Counted from the first letter of the stretch, positions 28,228 to 38,624 are shown. The stretch: 64,000 nucleotides of DNA from Bacilli bacterium (GCA_045601085.1 JAZRZD010000002.1:6106-70105), one strand, 5' to 3'. Notes: generated by a model not told the origin, from the sequence alone. Program-made: numbers and translations.

Positions 28228-28526
28228 AGGCTTTACTTATAGTAAATAATCCATAACAAATGAAAATCATCAAGTAATTTCATTTTTAAACCAAGGATGA
28301 CAGGATACGAACACTACAATTAACAATAAGGAAAAATGCCTTTTATATAATAAAAACTAAGATTTCAGAACCAGGGGTGACAGGATTTGATACCTGCTTA
28401 AGCCATTTTTTAAGTATTCAGAAATTGTTAAAAATTATAAAGGCAAAAATTGAAAAATAGCGATTTTTGATAAAAAAGTAACAAAAAAGGCACCTTTTTG
28501 AGGAAAAAGTGCCTCAGTTTAACTAA

Positions 28527-28603
28527 TGGTACGCCTAGTAGGACTCGAACCCACAACGTCCAGATTCGAAGTCTGGCATTCTATCCAGTTGAATTATAGG
28601 CGT
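28527..28603 (-). tRNA. tRNA-Arg(TCG)
   Basis: Cloverleaf ACGCCTA...TAGGCGTACCA, loop CTTCGAA. Confidence 0.93.
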
Positions 28604-28848
28604 ATGTATATATTATAAGGAAAAATAAAAACTTAAATCTTTTTAAAATTTAATTATCTTAGTAAGAATAATCACAAAATCAGTATTTGATAATTCAGAT
28701 GACCATAAAAATTCACTCGACCCCTATATAATAAAGCCATATTGTTCACTATTTAAAATATACATATCAAATCCAATAAAAAAAATATTTTGATTTACTG
28801 TTAACAAATCGTAGAAATATGATAAAATGTTTACAGAGGTAAAAGTAT

Positions 28849-29898
28849 ATGATTGAAAAGAAAATCAAATATTTCAGATTAAAAAATGGAATGACTGTAG
28901 AAGAACTTGCTGATGCAATTGGTTGTACAAAAGCCGCAATTTCATTGTATGAAAACGGGGAAAGAGAACCAAGTATTGATATTTGCAAAAAAATCGCTAA
29001 AGTTTTAAACATTCCATGGGTCGAATTGTTTTCAAGGGATGATGGAAAGCTTGTTTTTGATCATATAAGCTTTAGAAAAAAACAAAAAGCATCAAAAACT
29101 GATGTTGAACTATTAAAAACTGATGTTGAACAACAATGCTTTAACCGCATCTCTTTAATGAATATTGTTGGTGTTATTAACTATAAAGTTTTTAAACCTA
29201 AGAAATTATCTTTTGATAAAACTATAGGAGAAAATGCAAACTTAATTAGATCTTCTTTAGGAATACCATCTTCAGGTCCAATTTATTCTATTACAAATAT
29301 ATTAGAGCACTCTGGAATTATTGTTCTTTCATTTGAATGTGCAGAAGAAATAGATGGTATTAATGGCCTGGTCAATGGTATGCCTTACATATTCTTTAAT
29401 ACAAAAAATAAAACAATTGAAAGACAGCGATTCACTCTTATTCATGAGGTGTGCCACTTATTCTTTAATAATCTTGAAGACAATCGTGACGAAAAAGAAA
29501 TAGAAAAATACATTAATTTAGTCGCAGGGAATGTTTTGATTCCAGATAGTGACATTTACTCTATATTTGGAAGAACAAATAGAAACATAAGTATATATTT
29601 AAGAAATAATGTAGCTAAACAATACAAAATTGCGCCGTCATGTCTATTAAATAGACTTTTAGAAACTGGTGTAATTACAAAAACATATCATAGAAATTAT
29701 TTTATTTTTTTGAATAAAAACTGCGGGCGAAAAAACGAGAAGACTTTGTTAGATTTAATTAAAGATAATGAGAAGCCAACTATTTTTACACAACAAGTCT
29801 ACTTGGCTTTATCAGAGGAACTAATTTCTGCCTCAAAAGCAGCAGAATTTTTAAAGATTCCCCTATATGATGTTATGCAAAATATGAGGGTTGAATAA
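28849..29898 (+). CDS. XRE-HTH / ImmA-IrrE metallopeptidase fusion
   Basis: N-terminal HTH (MTVEELADAIGCTKAAISLYENG), RFTLIHEVCH HExxH. Confidence 0.88.
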   Translation: MIEKKIKYFRLKNGMTVEELADAIGCTKAAISLYENGEREPSIDICKKIAKVLNIPWVELFSRDDGKLVFDHISFRKKQKASKTDVELLKTDVEQQCFNRISLMNIVGVINYKVFKPKKLSFDKTIGENANLIRSSLGIPSSGPIYSITNILEHSGIIVLSFECAEEIDGINGLVNGMPYIFFNTKNKTIERQRFTLIHEVCHLFFNNLEDNRDEKEIEKYINLVAGNVLIPDSDIYSIFGRTNRNISIYLRNNVAKQYKIAPSCLLNRLLETGVITKTYHRNYFIFLNKNCGRKNEKTLLDLIKDNEKPTIFTQQVYLALSEELISASKAAEFLKIPLYDVMQNMRVE

Positions 29899-29899
29899 A

Positions 29900-30313
29900 A
29901 TGCAAAAATTCTTTTATTGCGATTCTTGTTTTTTAATAACATGTTTCCAAAATGGAAAACTTAATTCTTTATCGCAATATAAAGACTATTTTTATATATC
30001 CAATACGCAAATTATTGGTGAATTACTTAAACCACAAGAATTAGCAACCATTGTTAGAAAATCAATAAGTATTATTATGGACGATAGAGAAGAAATTGTT
30101 ACTAAAACAACGGAGTTTTATATAGAATTTGCGACCCTATCTTTTTATGATTGTCTATGCATGGCTTATGCTTTTTTAGATGGTTATTGTTTAATTACTG
30201 ATGATATAGCGTTACAAAAAAAATGCGCTATTTTGCATATTAATATTAAAACATCAAAAGATATCGAGAATATATATTTAAGCGGAGGTGATTTATGTGA
30301 GAATTTAAAATGA
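29900..30313 (+). CDS. PIN-domain protein
   Basis: YCDSCFL, LSFYDCLC.AYA, LITDD.AL acidic PIN pattern. Confidence 0.7.
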   Translation: MQKFFYCDSCFLITCFQNGKLNSLSQYKDYFYISNTQIIGELLKPQELATIVRKSISIIMDDREEIVTKTTEFYIEFATLSFYDCLCMAYAFLDGYCLITDDIALQKKCAILHINIKTSKDIENIYLSGGDLCENLK

Positions 30314-30355
30314 TAATTAGTAAAAGAGTAATTATAAAAAAGAGAAAGTAAAAAA

Positions 30356-30428
30356 ATCGTGACCAATGCGAATGGTCACGATAAGAGATATGCTGAAGCA
30401 CTCTCGGTAAGTATATAGTAGCATATCT
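30356..30428 (+). promoter_or_regulatory. Conserved double-hairpin leader upstream of DUF4417 B
   Basis: Perfect ATCGTGACCA/TGGTCACGAT stem and AGATATGCT/AGCATATCT stem. Confidence 0.7.
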
Positions 30429-30476
30429 AATTTTTGATTTGTATTTCCAATTTTGGAAGAAAGGTTAAATTTTATT

Positions 30477-31184
30477 ATGTTACACAAATCTAAGTCACCC
30501 TATATAAGGGACGTCTATCTTGCTTACCTCATCGATGGCGCTAGACGTACAAAAACGGATGAATTTCCGATAATCGAAGAGTGGATGGTTGCCACTGAGC
30601 CTCCAAAAGATATTATTCAGTGGGATAGGAGATGGGATGTTAAAGAGCCATCTAATATAGGAATGTCATTTTATTGTAATGATCCAACATTTCAACCAAT
30701 TTTATCCAATCCAAAAGCCTATACAGAAAAATTAAGGGAATATGAGCTCATAATCGGTGTTGATCCAAGTCCTTATGATAATATGCCACTTTGGGTCCAA
30801 AAAAGCCAAATAGGTTTAAATTTAGGTATTACATATTATTATGCATCTCAAGGGATTAAAGTTATTCCAAATGTTAGACTAGGCGATAATCGAACATTAT
30901 CATCATTAGAAGCTTACCCTCATAACACTTTAATAGCGATTGGCACTAACGGTTTCATCAAAAAAACACAAAATCGTCTTATTTTTGCTAAACAAGTACA
31001 GGTAATAGTAGATACACTAGAGCCATCCGGAATTTGTGTATATGGTCCTTTACACAATGAAATATTTGATTATGTAAGGCTAAAAGGAATTCCTATTTAT
31101 CATTATGAGTCCTATGCAATGAAAGAAAATGCTAAAGATAGGGAGCGTAAACTTTCTGAGTGTGATATAAATGAAAGGAAATAG
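30477..31184 (+). CDS. DUF4417 family protein B
   Basis: Aligns end to end with DUF4417 A; start moved to MLHKSK. Confidence 0.8.
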   Translation: MLHKSKSPYIRDVYLAYLIDGARRTKTDEFPIIEEWMVATEPPKDIIQWDRRWDVKEPSNIGMSFYCNDPTFQPILSNPKAYTEKLREYELIIGVDPSPYDNMPLWVQKSQIGLNLGITYYYASQGIKVIPNVRLGDNRTLSSLEAYPHNTLIAIGTNGFIKKTQNRLIFAKQVQVIVDTLEPSGICVYGPLHNEIFDYVRLKGIPIYHYESYAMKENAKDRERKLSECDINERK

Positions 31185-31716
31185 CCCATTATTCTCTAGT
31201 TTCACAGCCATTAGTGGTTTAGCAGGGATGTATAGTTCGTATTCTTCTTCGCCACTCAATGGAAATTCACAACCCTATCAAGTTAAATATTCTGTTTATG
31301 CTAAAATGATGAAAAAAGATATCGAACATGGAATTTATAATCCAAAAACTGGATACTCAAAAAATCCAACCGCTCGATATTTGGACTCGATGATTAATGG
31401 CAATTACATCAAAGACAAGCATTACAATAAGCAAATGCCATATGTAATTACTACTGATGGACTAGTAATAATTGGAAGTAGAAATGGTAATGGCAAAACA
31501 CCAAGCAAAACACCCACTCCACACCCAACATTAATCGGTGGGACCGATCCAAAGGTCAAAATGGCTGGAATAGTTGATATTCGTGGTGGGAAAATATATT
31601 CTTACAATAATCAAAGTGGCCATTATCGACCTAATCAGAAATCGATGAAATGGGCTGATGAAGCTTTCAAAAATTACCCTAAACACAATGATTTTAAAGG
31701 AGGAATCATTTTATGA
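31171..31716 (+). CDS. Putative polymorphic toxin B
   Basis: YV..DG..IG...HPTL.GG...V.MAG...I.GG.I..YNNQSGHYRP motif recalled from Rhs/polymorphic toxin tips; N-terminus MKGNSPLF. Confidence 0.65.
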   Translation: MKGNSPLFSSFTAISGLAGMYSSYSSSPLNGNSQPYQVKYSVYAKMMKKDIEHGIYNPKTGYSKNPTARYLDSMINGNYIKDKHYNKQMPYVITTDGLVIIGSRNGNGKTPSKTPTPHPTLIGGTDPKVKMAGIVDIRGGKIYSYNNQSGHYRPNQKSMKWADEAFKNYPKHNDFKGGIIL

Positions 31717-32174
31717 AGAAACAATATAATAACAATATCAATAAAGAATTATTTAGTATTAATTTTCAAGAAGATTTTTCTGAAGCCGAAGTTGAACGAC
31801 TATCAAAAATAGCGAGAGAATTAATTAATGGTTTTGGAGAACAAATAGTTTTTAATAATTGGTTTGAGTATTTAAAAGAATCAATTAATGACAAATATTC
31901 CGCATGGAACTTTATGGTTGCTTTTTATAATTTTGATGGTCACAATTTTAAAATTAAAGATCCATATCCATTCCTTGGATTGTTGTTCAATAAATTAAAC
32001 CTATCATTAAATAAAGAACCATCATCAGATGAAGAAGAATCGATATTTGATACTTTTGATTCGATATATGCTTCTCTCTTAACAAAATCTGGAATAGTTA
32101 CAAAAGACGATTATTTCTACATCAACTTATACAGTGATAATTTATTTCAAATAGCTGTCAAAGAAAATAAATAA
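31713..32174 (+). CDS. Putative immunity protein B
   Basis: Acidic 153-aa ORF with ATGA overlap on the toxin stop, AAAGGAGG RBS. Confidence 0.6.
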   Translation: MKKQYNNNINKELFSINFQEDFSEAEVERLSKIARELINGFGEQIVFNNWFEYLKESINDKYSAWNFMVAFYNFDGHNFKIKDPYPFLGLLFNKLNLSLNKEPSSDEEESIFDTFDSIYASLLTKSGIVTKDDYFYINLYSDNLFQIAVKENK

Positions 32175-32348
32175 GCACAAAGTTATTCAACAAAAGTATA
32201 TGCAAAAAATGCCCCAATTCTAATTATTTAGGAAAGGGGCATTTTAAATTTATAAATTGATATAACTCATAAATATATGCAATTTTTAAATAAAAAAGTT
32301 CCCATTAGTACCTTTCGATACAAAATTAGGGAACATATTCATTTAAGT

Positions 32349-32424
32349 TGGTGGATGCTGAGGGGATCGAACCCCCGACCTTCTGTACGTCAAACAGATG
32401 CTCTCCCAGCTGAGCTAAACATCC
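32349..32424 (-). tRNA. tRNA-Val(GAC)
   Basis: Cloverleaf, loop TTGACGT, CCA. Confidence 0.93.
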
Positions 32425-32430
32425 ATGGGT

Positions 32431-32507
32431 TGGTGCCAACTACAGGAATTGAACCTGCAACCTTCTGATTACGATTCAGTTGCTCTACCAGATTGAGCTA
32501 AGTCGGC
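32431..32507 (-). tRNA. tRNA-Thr(CGT)
   Basis: Cloverleaf, loop ATCGTAA, CCA. Confidence 0.88.
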
Positions 32508-32555
32508 AACTAAGTCGCTTAATTATATTAACTACTTTAACTATAATAATCAATA

Positions 32556-34088
32556 CTATATTTTATTCGCTGCTTTAGAAATGCTAACAAGACCGAATTT
32601 AAGATTTTCTTTTCGACAAATTCTTTGAATAGCGAATTTACCAGTAGAAGTCGCTAGAGGCAAACCTCCAGGAGACATAACCCATTGGCCTGCTAAATAA
32701 AGGTTTTTAATCCCTTTAATCATTCCTGATTGATTTAATATCATTGCCTTTTCAGTAAATAAGAAAGAATTAAATGCTCCACAAGTTGCATTTGTGTATC
32801 TATTTAACGTTTTAGGAGTAGCAACATCTAATAATTCAATCTTGCCTTTTAGTTCTGGTAATCTTGTTAGAATCCTACCCATTACTAACTTACCGATTTG
32901 TTGTTTCTTACGATTGTATTCAAATTTGTTTTGATAAAGATTTTCCCAATAATCATACACAGTAGCGTCTTGATCCACTAAGACTTGCACTACTGTTTTA
33001 TTGTTTTTAACATATGTTTCTTTATCATATGCATAACTTCTTAAAGATATGAAATTTGTGTATTGATTTCCAACATAGAAAGGTTCACATGGAAAAACAA
33101 ATGGAACAGGAAGTTCAGGCATATCTTTAACTACAAAAGACACTAAACAACATGATGGAGCACGATGTTTGTCTAAGTTATATATTCTTTTATCAAATTT
33201 AGGCACTGAATATTTATTATCTAATAATGAAGTTAAAACATAGTTTTCATCACACGCTGGAACAATATAATCACCTTTAATTTCGGTTCCATCTTCTAAA
33301 ATAACTCCAGTAGCTACTTTATTTTCAATTTTGATAGATTTGATAGGACAATTAGCTTTAAAAGTTCCCCCTAATTCTTCAAATCGATTTTTAATATTAG
33401 CAGCAAATTTTATTGATCCGCCTTTAGGGATGCCACCATTACCACAAACCATAGAACCATATGAGTAGAATAATTGATACATATTTCCACCACCAGGTTG
33501 AGCATATGTAATAGCGTTTCTAATCACTGGAGATTTAAATTTCTTACAATAACGTTCTTTAGAACATTTCATAGAACTTAGGAAAAAGAATAAACGTGGA
33601 ATAATATCAAAGATAAATCTACACATTCTTCTAAATGGAAGTTTGTTAGATGGATTTTCTAAAGGTAATTCAATTTCAGAAAATTGTTTTGTTGCTTTAA
33701 AGAAACGTTTTATCATACGTTTATCTTCAGGCGCAACTTCAATCCATTCTTTCTCTGCTTTTTCTAAATCAGTCCAAAATGTGACAGATTTGCCGTTAAA
33801 TTCGTATGTTCCCCAGCTTGGAAGATAGACAATATCATCAGTAGATTTAAACGCTCCAAGATTAAGCCAGTTCTTATATAAACAGGTACCTTCTTTAGTG
33901 CCATTAAGCCAATGTGTACAACCATCAATATAATGACCTTTTCTAGTCCAACCAGTACAAAGTCCGCCTGGGATTAAGTGTTTTTCAAAAATAATCGCAT
34001 GAAAACCATTCTGCTCAGCATATACACCTGCAGATAATCCAGCGATACCGCCCCCTATAATAAGTACTGTTTTTCTTTCTTTTAACAT
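32556..34088 (-). CDS. Phytoene dehydrogenase-like FAD-dependent oxidoreductase
   Basis: IIGGGIAGLSA, PGGLCTGW.RKG, NLYLAGQW..PGGLP. Confidence 0.85.
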   Translation of the reverse strand: MLKERKTVLIIGGGIAGLSAGVYAEQNGFHAIIFEKHLIPGGLCTGWTRKGHYIDGCTHWLNGTKEGTCLYKNWLNLGAFKSTDDIVYLPSWGTYEFNGKSVTFWTDLEKAEKEWIEVAPEDKRMIKRFFKATKQFSEIELPLENPSNKLPFRRMCRFIFDIIPRLFFFLSSMKCSKERYCKKFKSPVIRNAITYAQPGGGNMYQLFYSYGSMVCGNGGIPKGGSIKFAANIKNRFEELGGTFKANCPIKSIKIENKVATGVILEDGTEIKGDYIVPACDENYVLTSLLDNKYSVPKFDKRIYNLDKHRAPSCCLVSFVVKDMPELPVPFVFPCEPFYVGNQYTNFISLRSYAYDKETYVKNNKTVVQVLVDQDATVYDYWENLYQNKFEYNRKKQQIGKLVMGRILTRLPELKGKIELLDVATPKTLNRYTNATCGAFNSFLFTEKAMILNQSGMIKGIKNLYLAGQWVMSPGGLPLATSTGKFAIQRICRKENLKFGLVSISKAANKI

Positions 34089-34351
34089 TATTTACCCAAA
34101 ATATTACAGTTTTTCTAATTGCTAATACAACAAATATAAGACAATAAATGTTCTATTGTCATTATATTTTATCGCATATATAAAGTTTATTACACTCTTT
34201 TATTTAATCATTTTGTTGTAAACGCAACTGATTTTCCAGTTTTTTTGACTCATCTTTCTTTGAAGGAATTGATTGAATGATATGTAAAAGCATTTCAGCA
34301 TTATAGACATCGGTTAAAAAAAACAGGTTTTTATTAACCTGTAAATACTTT

Positions 34352-34437
34352 TGGTGCCCGCGGTCGGAGTCGAACCGACATGGCTCTTAACCGATGGATT
34401 TTGAGTCCATTGCGTCTACCAATTCCACCACGCGGGC
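34352..34437 (-). tRNA. tRNA-Leu(CAA)
   Basis: Cloverleaf with long variable arm, loop CTCAAAA. Confidence 0.95.
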
Positions 34438-34506
34438 ATATTAGCGATACAAATAATTTTATCTATCTTTCTTAATATAGACAACATATTTGTTATGCTA
34501 CAAATT

Positions 34507-34589
34507 TGGTGCAGTTGAGAGGATTTGAACCTCCATGATTTCTCACTAGAACCTGAATCTAGCGCGTCTACCAGTTCCGCCACAACTGC
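34507..34589 (-). tRNA. tRNA-Leu(CAG)
   Basis: Cloverleaf with long variable arm, loop TTCAGGT. Confidence 0.95.
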
Positions 34590-34597
34590 AAGAGATA

Positions 34598-36250
34598 TTA
34601 CTTAGTAATACCGCGTTTTAAATCTTCTTGTTCTTGCAGGTATCTAAAATTAACTTTACCAAGAGGAGTTAATGGGAGTTCTTTAACAAACTCAACCTCT
34701 TTTGGAACAGACCATTTAATTAAGTATTTTTGACATCTTTTTATAATGTCATGTCTCATACCTTCTTCATCTACAAAGCCAGCTACCACGAATAATTTAA
34801 TTGCGTGAATTAATACATTATCAGGAATTTGAATAGCGCAGCATTCTTTTACGCCAGGAATGGAACAAACAAAGTTTTCAACTTCGCTTGGGAATACTCC
34901 AACTCCAGAAACTTTAATTACTCTTTTCGCTCTTTGTTTAAAGAAGATAAATCCATCCTCATCAATGTAACCTAAGTCACCAGTGTGAAGATAACCATCT
35001 CTAAGAGCTTCTTTAGTAGCGTTTTCATCTTTATAATAACCAATCATAATTGCTTCAGATTTAAAGCAAATCTCTCCTATTTCATTAGGTTTTAACTTAT
35101 TACCAGCTTCGTCTAAAATGACAAATTCTGCACCAGAAATTGGATATCCTAAAGAATTTGGTTTATTGTGATCAAAATTATTTACACAGTTAACCGCAAC
35201 AGCTTCAGTTAAACCATATCCTTGAAATAATCTGCCTTTAGCGCCTTTTTCTTCAAGAACTTTATTGAAGTTTTCTTGTAATGCTAAAGACATACCATCT
35301 CCACCACAATAACAAATATGAATGTTCTTAAGATTTTTATTAGAAACAAAGTTAGGTTCATTGAGTAATTTTTCATACATATTTGGTACACCAATTAAGC
35401 AATTGATCCTTGTTTTATTTATAACTTCTACAACTTCTTTTGCGGAGAACTTAGGAACTAGTACACAAACCATTCCGTTAATAAAAGGTAAATGCATAGT
35501 CATACATAAACCAAAACCATGGAAGCTAGGTAAGACACTTAACATGCCTTGACCCACTAATTCTTCTTCTGATTCACAATATAGTTCATTGGTTCTTTCA
35601 TCGATATAGTTGAATGGTCTATTTGCTAAACAAATTGTCTTTGGATCGCCTGTTGTAGAACCGCTATGAAGGAGTACTGCAACACTACCGTCATCATGCT
35701 CTGTGTCTGTATTTAATTTATATGTCTTTTGCTTAGAAAGGTATGCAAAACCCCCAAATTTTCTATATTTACCAAGTTTTTTACGAATCTTTCCATTCAT
35801 AAAAATGTGATAGAAAAGTTTAGAGAAAATAGGTAAATCATCTTCTATTCTAGTTACTAAAGCTTGACCTGGGAATTCTCTATATCTTTCAACTTCTTTA
35901 GCAATTCTTTGTTCAAATAATATCGCTAATTTTGAATGAGTTTTTTTATAGATTTGGAGAATCTGATTATATGGAGTAAATGGATGCACCATATTAGCAA
36001 TAGCACCAATCTTATTAACTGCATAAAACATTACCAAACAATCAGGAATGTTAGGTTGAGCAATTAAAATAACATCGCCTTTTTTAATGTGATATTTATT
36101 CACTAATAAAGAAGCAGCGTTATCAATACGTTTAAGAAAACTTTTACCAGAAATCTTCTTACCTTTATAGTAAATTGCAGTAGCGTTAGGTCTTTCTAAA
36201 AGTTTCTTTTCTACAGCTTCAAATAATGTATAACCCTGATAATTATGCAT
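34598..36250 (-). CDS. Long-chain acyl-CoA ligase (class I adenylate-forming)
   Basis: LHSGSTTGDPK, QGYGLTE, LHTGDLG. Confidence 0.9.
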   Translation of the reverse strand: MHNYQGYTLFEAVEKKLLERPNATAIYYKGKKISGKSFLKRIDNAASLLVNKYHIKKGDVILIAQPNIPDCLVMFYAVNKIGAIANMVHPFTPYNQILQIYKKTHSKLAILFEQRIAKEVERYREFPGQALVTRIEDDLPIFSKLFYHIFMNGKIRKKLGKYRKFGGFAYLSKQKTYKLNTDTEHDDGSVAVLLHSGSTTGDPKTICLANRPFNYIDERTNELYCESEEELVGQGMLSVLPSFHGFGLCMTMHLPFINGMVCVLVPKFSAKEVVEVINKTRINCLIGVPNMYEKLLNEPNFVSNKNLKNIHICYCGGDGMSLALQENFNKVLEEKGAKGRLFQGYGLTEAVAVNCVNNFDHNKPNSLGYPISGAEFVILDEAGNKLKPNEIGEICFKSEAIMIGYYKDENATKEALRDGYLHTGDLGYIDEDGFIFFKQRAKRVIKVSGVGVFPSEVENFVCSIPGVKECCAIQIPDNVLIHAIKLFVVAGFVDEEGMRHDIIKRCQKYLIKWSVPKEVEFVKELPLTPLGKVNFRYLQEQEDLKRGITK

Positions 36251-37070
36251 AAATTGCTTTTAAAATAACCTCTATTAAGTTAAATATACCCATAAGAATT
36301 AAGTAATGTGATAGATAAATAAGAAGTGTATGTCTTCCTAAGAAGCATATAGGTCTTTCCCATTCATAACGTTTAAAGTGAGAAGATTTATCTTTATAAA
36401 AGAATCTCGCAATAATAGCACCTATAAAGAAGAATCCAATATATGGAAAAAGTGGCATCCAATCTGCTTGAGTAAATTCCCCTAATGGTTCCCATAGACT
36501 TGGAACATAAGCTTGAGGAGCGTTAGGAACAAAATTATATAAGATAGGAACAACCACAATTGAGAATAAGAAAATACCAATTGTTGCATATATTAATGCG
36601 TTATTTTTCTTATCTTGGAAGAAACAATAAAATAATGTAGACCAACCAAGCACCATAATAATGTTATGGTCCACTCTTACATTTTGCCCAGCAATACCCC
36701 AGGCTTGTAAGATATTACTGCCTACAGCAATAATTGCACCAAGACCTAAAGTTTCTGCAGCTCTTTTCCAGTTGTTTCTTGAAAAAGCGCATGATATTCC
36801 ACTAACTAAACAGAATAAACCAAGTATAATACATCGCACTATTGTTCTAGCAGGGCAGAACCAATACCAGTTCATGGCTTGATCCATGGCATTCCAAAAC
36901 TCATGGCCGGTTAATTCAAACCATGTAGCGGAGTGTAATAAAAAATTATTTAATAAATGGTCGACAAAAACAAAAATAATAAGGATTCCACGGAATAAAT
37001 CAATTTCGTGAACACGTTTATCAAATGCTGTTTGTTTTCTATTTGTTGTTACTTCTAATGAACTTTCCAC
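36243..37070 (-). CDS. DUF1624-like membrane acyltransferase
   Basis: HEIDLFRG, FCLVSGIS, DWMPLFPY, LGRHTLLIY. Confidence 0.75.
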   Translation of the reverse strand: MESSLEVTTNRKQTAFDKRVHEIDLFRGILIIFVFVDHLLNNFLLHSATWFELTGHEFWNAMDQAMNWYWFCPARTIVRCIILGLFCLVSGISCAFSRNNWKRAAETLGLGAIIAVGSNILQAWGIAGQNVRVDHNIIMVLGWSTLFYCFFQDKKNNALIYATIGIFLFSIVVVPILYNFVPNAPQAYVPSLWEPLGEFTQADWMPLFPYIGFFFIGAIIARFFYKDKSSHFKRYEWERPICFLGRHTLLIYLSHYLILMGIFNLIEVILKAIYA

Positions 37071-37127
37071 ATATGTTACTATACAATAAAATTGTAGAGT
37101 TTTATATATCTAAGTTTTTATAGCAAT

Positions 37128-38624
37128 TTAGAATTTAACATTTTCTTTTTCCACAACATCGTGTGCTCCACCTTCTTTAATAGAAGATTCAGAGACTAAT
37201 GTTAATGTGGCTTTTTCGTGCAATTCCTTGATGGATTTAGCACCACAGTTGCACATTGTGGATTTAACTTTATACATTGATAATTCAACATTTTCTTTAA
37301 GTGGGCCAGCGTAAGGAACATAAGAATCAACACCTTCCACAAATGTTAATTTATTAGCTTCGCCGTTATCATAACGTTGCCAGTTTCTTGCTCTAGCACT
37401 TCCTTCGCCCCAATATTCTTTATAGTAAACTCCATTGAGAAGAACTTTATTATTTGGAGCTTCATCAAATCTAGCAAAATATCTACCAAGCATTACAAAG
37501 TCAGCGCCCATTGCTAAAGCTAAAGTAATGTGATGATCATAAACAATGCCACCATCACTACAAATAGGAACATAAATTCCGGTTTCTTTAAAATATTCGT
37601 CTCTTTCTTTAGCAATTTCAATAACTGCGCTTGCTTGACCTCTACCAATACCTTTAGTTTCTCTGGTGATACAAATAGAACCACCACCGATACCTATTTT
37701 GACAAAGTCAGCACCTAAATCTGCCAAAAATTTAAATCCTTCTTTTGTAACAACATTTCCAGCGCCACATGGAATATTAGGATAATGTTCTTTGACCCAT
37801 TTTAATGTCTTTTCTTGCCAAGCAGAATATCCTTCGCTTGAATCAATACATAAGATATCTGCACCTGCTTCCACTAAAAGTGGGACTCTTGTTTCATAGT
37901 CACGAGTGTTAATACCAGCGCCAACAACATATCTTTTTTCTTCATCAAGAAGTTCATTTGGATATTTCTTATGATTTTCATAATCTTTTCTGAAGACCAA
38001 ATATAATAAATGATTGTCTTTATCAACGATTGGAAGTTGATTAATTTTGTTATCCCAGATGATATTGTTAGCTTCTTTTAAAGTTGTGTTTTCTTTACCC
38101 ACGATGAGTTGATCAAATGGAGTCATATATTTAGACACTAAATCAGATTCACTGACTTTACTTGGCCGATAATCTCTACTTGTAATAATGCCAAGAAGTT
38201 TGCCATTTTTACTGCCATCTTCAGTAACGGCAACTGTACTATGACCAATCTTAGCTTTTAATGCATTTAATTCTCCAATTGTTGCATTTGGTGTGATATT
38301 TGCGTTACTTTCTACAAATCCTGCTTTGTAAGCTTTTACTTTTTTAATCATTTCTGCTTGCTGTTCAGGAGTTTGATTTACATATATAAAAGAAATACCT
38401 CCTTCTCTAGCAAGAGCAACTGCAAGATCATTACCACTTACAGATTGCATAACTGCAGAAACAAGAGGAATATTCATTTTAATTTTTGTTTCTTCACCTT
38501 TTTTAAATCTCACTATTGGAGTGGATAAATCAACATTACCTGGAATAGATTTATCATCTGAATATCCAGGCATTAAAAGATATTCATTAAATGTATGAGA
38601 AACGTCATTAATAATCTTTGCCAT
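37128..38624 (-). CDS. guaB: IMP dehydrogenase
   Basis: [14 protein letters not shown] region, [12 protein letters not shown] catalytic Cys, CSDGG. Confidence 0.95.
   Translation of the reverse strand: MAKIINDVSHTFNEYLLMPGYSDDKSIPGNVDLSTPIVRFKKGEETKIKMNIPLVSAVMQSVSGNDLAVALAREGGISFIYVNQTPEQQAEMIKKVKAYKAGFVESNANITPNATIGELNALKAKIGHSTVAVTEDGSKNGKLLGIITSRDYRPSKVSESDLVSKYMTPFDQLIVGKENTTLKEANNIIWDNKINQLPIVDKDNHLLYLVFRKDYENHKKYPNELLDEEKRYVVGAGINTRDYETRVPLLVEAGADILCIDSSEGYSAWQEKTLKWVKEHYPNIPCGAGNVVTKEGFKFLADLGADFVKIGIGGGSICITRETKGIGRGQASAVIEIAKERDEYFKETGIYVPICSDGGIVYDHHITLALAMGADFVMLGRYFARFDEAPNNKVLLNGVYYKEYWGEGSARARNWQRYDNGEANKLTFVEGVDSYVPYAGPLKENVELSMYKVKSTMCNCGAKSIKELHEKATLTLVSESSIKEGGAHDVVEKENVKF

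Noticed and set aside
30284-30300. GGAGGTG-ATG-TGA minigene at the PIN 3' end (similar RBS-MK-stop at 19285-19307)
   Set aside because: May be remnants of deleted downstream genes; no evidence of function.
32277-32468. 63-aa ORF
   Set aside because: Antisense to tRNA-Val/Thr; spurious.
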